From: Balanoglossus misakiensis | Lineage: Eukaryota; Animalia; Hemichordata | DNA: 64,000 nt | Assembly: GCA_040954595.2 (NCBI GenBank) | Contig: CM082593.2 | Location: 5,597,434 to 5,661,433 of the forward strand | Direction: 5' to 3' | Shown here: positions 58,641 through 64,000 of the stretch, in pieces | How the letters are laid out: each line of letters starts with the position of its first letter | How positions within the stretch are numbered: position 1 is the first letter of the stretch | Notes under the pieces: generated by a model | Told to the model about the DNA's origin: nothing | The model's input: only the letters and a program-made list of their open reading frames with translations | Database searches by the model: none | Program-made: the position numbers and the translations under genes

Positions 58641-61600
58641 GAAGGTTTGTTTATTGCCGGGCATATTGATTTGTTACATGGTGATACCAAATCATTCTTT
58701 TACGGTTTCTTGAGTTTCTCTACACGTGGCAAGGGGTGATTTGGTGCATGTTGCTGATAGTGGGCTGATACTAAAATGAACCCCCATCTGTCCATAGGTG
58801 TGGCAGGCATCCGAACACTTGGAGGTCAGAGGTCAGATTCAAAAACTGCTGGGCGAAATGGCCCGTGTTTGGACAAACAGATAGAGCTACAAGCGATGGA
58901 GTAAAATACTATTTCTTAGCAGAAATTAAACACCAAGATTTCCACTCTCTCTCTCTCTCTCCACCAATACTCAGCTACGTTTGACATAATTGCTTTAAAT
59001 TTCTATCCTTTTCTGACGGACAATAATGCGAGATTAACAGTGAGAATAATTTTCCTTCCAAACACCGTTAAATGTACCTGATGAGAAATATGGAATGATT
59101 TTTTTTATCTCTGCTGCGGGTTCAATTTGTAAATGCACAATTAGCTGCTGCCATATAAACTGAATGTCCAAACACGGTCATTTTTTCGCACCCTAAAACT
59201 GCGGCCATAAGACTATAGACAACCCGGGCTTCACATTGACCAATGCAAACTTACAACCGAAGTAATTCCTCGTAATAAACTGATCAGCACTGGCTCAACA
59301 GTGTGACAACAACTCCTGCTGCCCTCCCCCTAAAAAAAGTACTAGCTACCGAGAAACAATAGGACTATTCCATAATCATGGCACTGCGGGTGACAGATAT
59401 GTGTCACGCACACTAAAAGACAGACAAGCCATAACTTTCTTTGATGGAGGGAATTATGAACTGTCAAAATTACAAAACACATAAAGGACATGTAACATGT
59501 TCTTCGTAAGAAATCCCTGTTATTTGGAACTACAGTCACAGTAGTTGCTCTCCCGTCATAAACTACCTTGGAATTCTAGAACCATCTTGGATTCAGTTTT
59601 TGTACTTTTCTTCCCTCAGGCAGTCCTGAATAAAAACTTTTATACAAATTTGCCCCTTTTTTTAAATGACTTGTCTTTGGTTTTCTTACGAAACTATTTT
59701 TTACGAAACAATATTTACATGTGATTGTTGTCATGGTAACAAAGGATTTCCCCCCAGAAAAACATCTTGCATGCATGAGACACTGAAATATGCTACTATA
59801 CGAGAACTTTATCAAGACATGATGCTCCAATAAAAATGCAAGACCCTTCAAGAAGCCTCTTAATTGAATACCTCAATATTCTATTGTGTAGTTAGCGACA
59901 GTGTTTTTGATAGTCCTGTTCTTTTCTGTTGATTAGGTAAATCTATATATTTACATGCTCCTGGAAATACACAAATCATACTAAATGTACTTTATTTATT
60001 CTTCCGTAGAAATACTTGCATTGAGTCTCTCAAAAACTGATGGATATGAATTGGGTTTGGAACATGGTAGCATCCTGGACACTGGCGAAAATGCCTGTGA
60101 TCCCCCTATCATTCCACAGAATGGTTTGATCCTGCCATGGGAAGCAACAGCAGGTCGAACCAAATGGTGTGGAATAATAGAGGGGAGTCCTAAGACACAC
60201 GTGCTCCAGTTTCACTAAGAACACACTTTGCACACACCATTTACATCTGACAACTGAAGATCTTGTGAAGGAGGTCCGATTTGTGTACCACATGAGCAGC
60301 AGTGGCTGACATGTGACCGTCACATGATCAAGGAAGTCATGAGACCACCACGTGATCCATTGTGGCCAATGACTTAATTGCATTGAATTTTCCGAAGTTT
60401 TAATCACACTTTCTTCAGTTGAAAGACGTCTATTCTGAAGGTATATCATTAGGAGACTTCAGAACACAACAGATGTAGTTTCACAATTACAAAATCTGAA
60501 TGAATTCTTCTGGATTCATGACCATGGAGATGTTAATGGCAGTTTCTATGGCAACACAGACAATGCAAACTTTCATAATGCCTCTTTAATTCAACCAAGT
60601 TGGTCATCGAAGACTGCTGATCAATGACACATTTATTTCACAGACATTATGGTATGGCCGAATTTGCAATGGCACCCACCCACCCAGCCAGAGTGGAGAG
60701 AGGTTGGTGCTGACATTCGATGTATCAAGACATCCCATTGGTCATGCTTCATTTAACTGCGAATTCACTTCAGTGTTGGCTGAAGGTGACAAAACTTACT
60801 TTACAAGGCTGATTGGAGGTAAGAATTACAAAGCCTACAAGCTAACTAACGACAAGTACAATTGGCAAAAAAAGTAATACTTGAATGACCGCAAGGGGAA
60901 AAAAATATTCACAAAAGTTGACATTGGGAAAACTTTTACGGGTTGCTAGGTGACTGCATTGGCATTTCTGAGGTAGCTTTTTCAACAAACTCAAATGTCA
61001 TGCCTATGAACCACAAAACAAGGACAAACAGGCTTCTTTTTTCTTTTACGGGGGGAAACCATTTTCAAAGGCAATGCACGGCCCATTTCTTGCTCAGAAC
61101 AAAAATTTGAATATCAAATTTTGAGATGAATGTGAGTCTGTTGATACAGAGCTGCCCCAGAAAAAACGAATGGGAGTCAACAAATAACAGAGTTGCCTTC
61201 AGTATTGTAACAGAGCGTATATGTACAAGTAACTACATTTTTCGCAGAGTCAGTACACTATCAGGGGGGAAAAATAACACACAGAGGGGAAAAAATATGA
61301 AACAACCCACAGTATTAATTGCAATGGTCAATTGAATACCGTCTATCTCTGGATATTACAGGACACAATTTATCAGGACTCAGAAGAGATTCCAAGACTC
61401 CCAAAAATATTGGTAACAGTATTTCAGTCTTACGAAGCGACAGAAAATAACAGAAAAATCCAAGAATGGCACACGTCACCAGGATAAGGTAACAGACAGA
61501 TTTTCATTTGACCAGCACAACTATAATTTTTCCCCAAAAAATCTTCCCTTTTCACAATAAAGTATTCAGATAAAATCTTTCAGACAAATACATTTGGAAT

Positions 61601-62432
61601 CATTTTTAACTTTTCTCAAAGATGACAAAATCTTGACAATTTTTGGACCCTTTCTACACTTTTTATTTTCTGAGATATTTTACAAAATAGGTTAAGAACA
61701 GTTTGAAGGAGATATTATTCAATCGATTGGTGCAAGCATTTACACGGATACATAAAAGCCCTTGGGTTGGTTGAGATTTACTGCCATGCTCAAATGAAGT
61801 TCAACTATTCCTGGACAGCGGGTGGAATTTCTGATGGCTTTTTTGTCACATATGAGATGATAGTACCGGTAACCTGACCAACAAGTACAAGGAGTGGTGG
61901 GCAACGACGGCCAAATGAAACAATTTCACCGTCCACTGAAACTCATTTCATGAAACCAGACATACGCGTCGACAAAATAAAATCAAGGGTCCCCATGAAA
62001 TTAAAAACAAAAATCTCGACTTCCAACAATATCCTCTTCAAGCTTCTGAATAGATTGCACACAATTAACAACTTTGGTTGCGCATTTCCAGCAAATTAAA
62101 AAAAGTAAAATTCTCATCAAATTTTAAAAATTCAATTTAAAAGCATCCAATGCAGAAACAATATATACATGTCTTTTGTGGCATATCTTAATAACATCCT
62201 GTTTTTCTCTAGGAGATTTTGAAAATAAGTTTTTGTGACATTGTCAAATTAAACGTAAAGCAACTTCACAGCTAAAGACTAGCAGTCATTAATAGAAGAT
62301 ATACATGGTCCCTTCCCTGAAATATTTTTCAGTGGATTAAAATCTGAAGTGGCAAAGGTAAAGCAGGATTGCACAGATGCAAAATGGGTTGCTATGGTAA
62401 CTAGCATATTATCTCCACAAACAGAAAGTGTT

Positions 62433-62523
62433 TTTACCCTTTCACCACCATGGTTTGGTCTAATCCATTGTTTTCTGTGGTAAATTTGGACCTCTACAAA
62501 GGGAAATGGGGGTGGGATGGTAA
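62433..62523. mobile_element. MITE family A copy
   Basis: CCCTTTCACCACCATGGTTTGG core. Confidence 0.65.
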
Positions 62524-62920
62524 ACAGCTAAATTTCCTGACTAGCTAATTACCCCTTACATCATCGATGATGGACGCAGTGCATTCAACTGCTTCGAGTT
62601 GCAAGTAAATGTTAATGATGCAATGAGAAGATATCAAGCAGGCAGCACAGGGGGGAGGGGAAGGCTTCAAAATGTTCACTGCAAACATTTCCATTACGGA
62701 CCAATTTTGAAATCACGAGCGACACTGAAATTATGAAGTACATCACAGTGCATGGGGGGTAAATTCACAAACCAGGCTACAGACCATTGTAAATGCTTGC
62801 ACTCAGAAAGACTTTAGATTTTAAGTAATTGTTTTCACATGACCTCGTTCGTACAGCGACAAGACCGATCTCTATGTACTCTATGTACAATCGCGATTTT
62901 AAAAACAATACCTGTTATGG

Positions 62921-63866
62921 CTATCTGCGAGCAGTCAGGCTATTGCCCTGGTACGGAATGGGCATCTCGTACTCAGCCAGCAGCGCGAAGTGGTCGGACT
63001 GCACGTGCGGGTGCGGGCACCCCAGCACCTTGGCCTCGTCCATCCAGCGCGCCTCGACCGGCCCCAGCACGCCCAGCACTCGCATGCAGTGGTACGAGTA
63101 GCAGATGTAGTCGATGATGCCTTTGAAGTCGTAGGTGTAGTTGGTGAAATTCATGATGTTGCCCTCGTAGGAGCGCCGCAGCTTGAAGGCGTGGCACAGC
63201 TCGTTCGGATGGTCAATACTGGAGAAGTTTGCAAGGCAGGAATGGTACTTCATATCTTTGAAATCCGGGTGGCTAGTCAAGACTCTACCTTGGGTCAGGT
63301 ACTCGACCACACCTGTGCAAAACGGAAAGTTAACAGAATGGATCAGAACTAAGTTTCCAACCGGGCCAGCTCTGGGTTCATCGCAGACATTTTACCCGAG
63401 CTACCAAGGCATAACAAACATTTCAAAGAAACGCCCATGCTGCACATTTGTCATCGACATTCACCAATTCTCTCAGAGAAAGCCGTCAGATGACATAATT
63501 TAACCCTTTCACCCCCAGATCCCTCTTTCGCGGTCCAACCCTGCTGTAGAAATTAATAGATTTGGACTGGACCATAGTGGTGAAAGGGGTAATGGGGGGG
63601 GGGGGGGGGGGGCAGGGAGACGTACGTACCTGAATCTGGCAGTGAATTCAGATCCCCACAAAGTACTAACGGGATCGAATTGATATCCGGCGTGGTGGTG
63701 GCCCCTGGTCGGAAGCTGTGAGTGGACTCCTCCAGGAACGTCTTCATCTCACTCATGAACATCATCGTCTGGATCAGTTTGACGTCGCTGTACTCCGGAT
63801 CCCAGTGGATGTGCACGTTGGCGACCAGTATCAGCTGTCGTGCTGACGGTATTTCCCCAGGGTAAC
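62921..63866 (-). CDS. CNOT6: CCR4-NOT deadenylase CNOT6/CCR4, last two coding exons (63866-63630, 63312-62921); the rest lies outside the window
   Basis: HIHWDPEYSDVKLIQTMM, LCGDLNSLPDSGVVEYL, FTNYTYDFKGIIDYI, GCPHPHVQSDHF (EEP nuclease domain). Confidence 0.96.
63500..63592. mobile_element. MITE family A copy with TTAA target
   Basis: TTAA-CCCTTTCACC ... GGTGAAAGGG-GTAA. Confidence 0.75.
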
Positions 63867-64000
63867 CTGTCGAAAAACACACAACGAATGATCGTGAAGC
63901 CAAGATGAAACCTCAGAGCACAGAAACCGGGACAGCTCCTGAATTTTCTCAAAACCTGACTGTGGCATCTGGATGCAGCATTGGTATATATTCATACATG

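Overview
Gene-dense, intron-rich eukaryotic DNA from an invertebrate animal. A non-vertebrate deuterostome is a plausible but unproven source. Exons were reconstructed by hand from splice signals and protein similarity. Gene order: DDX46/Prp5 (-, runs off the left edge); GAR1 (-, with a U12-type minor intron); a TspanC8-type tetraspanin (+) carrying a nested antisense collagen-C1q gene; two tandem copies of a somatomedin-B/Cys-rich 7TM receptor (+); HPS5 (+, with a C-terminal RING-H2); an r-opsin-like gene (-); and the 3' end of CNOT6/CCR4 (-). Several families of short non-autonomous DNA transposons are present, some with intact TSDs. The most notable structure is the ~7 kb tandem duplication. 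The two receptors have essentially identical 7TM regions but three sharply diverged ectodomain loops, and the breakpoint copied the HPS5 promoter and first exon upstream of receptor copy 2. No CRISPR, tRNA or rRNA was found.
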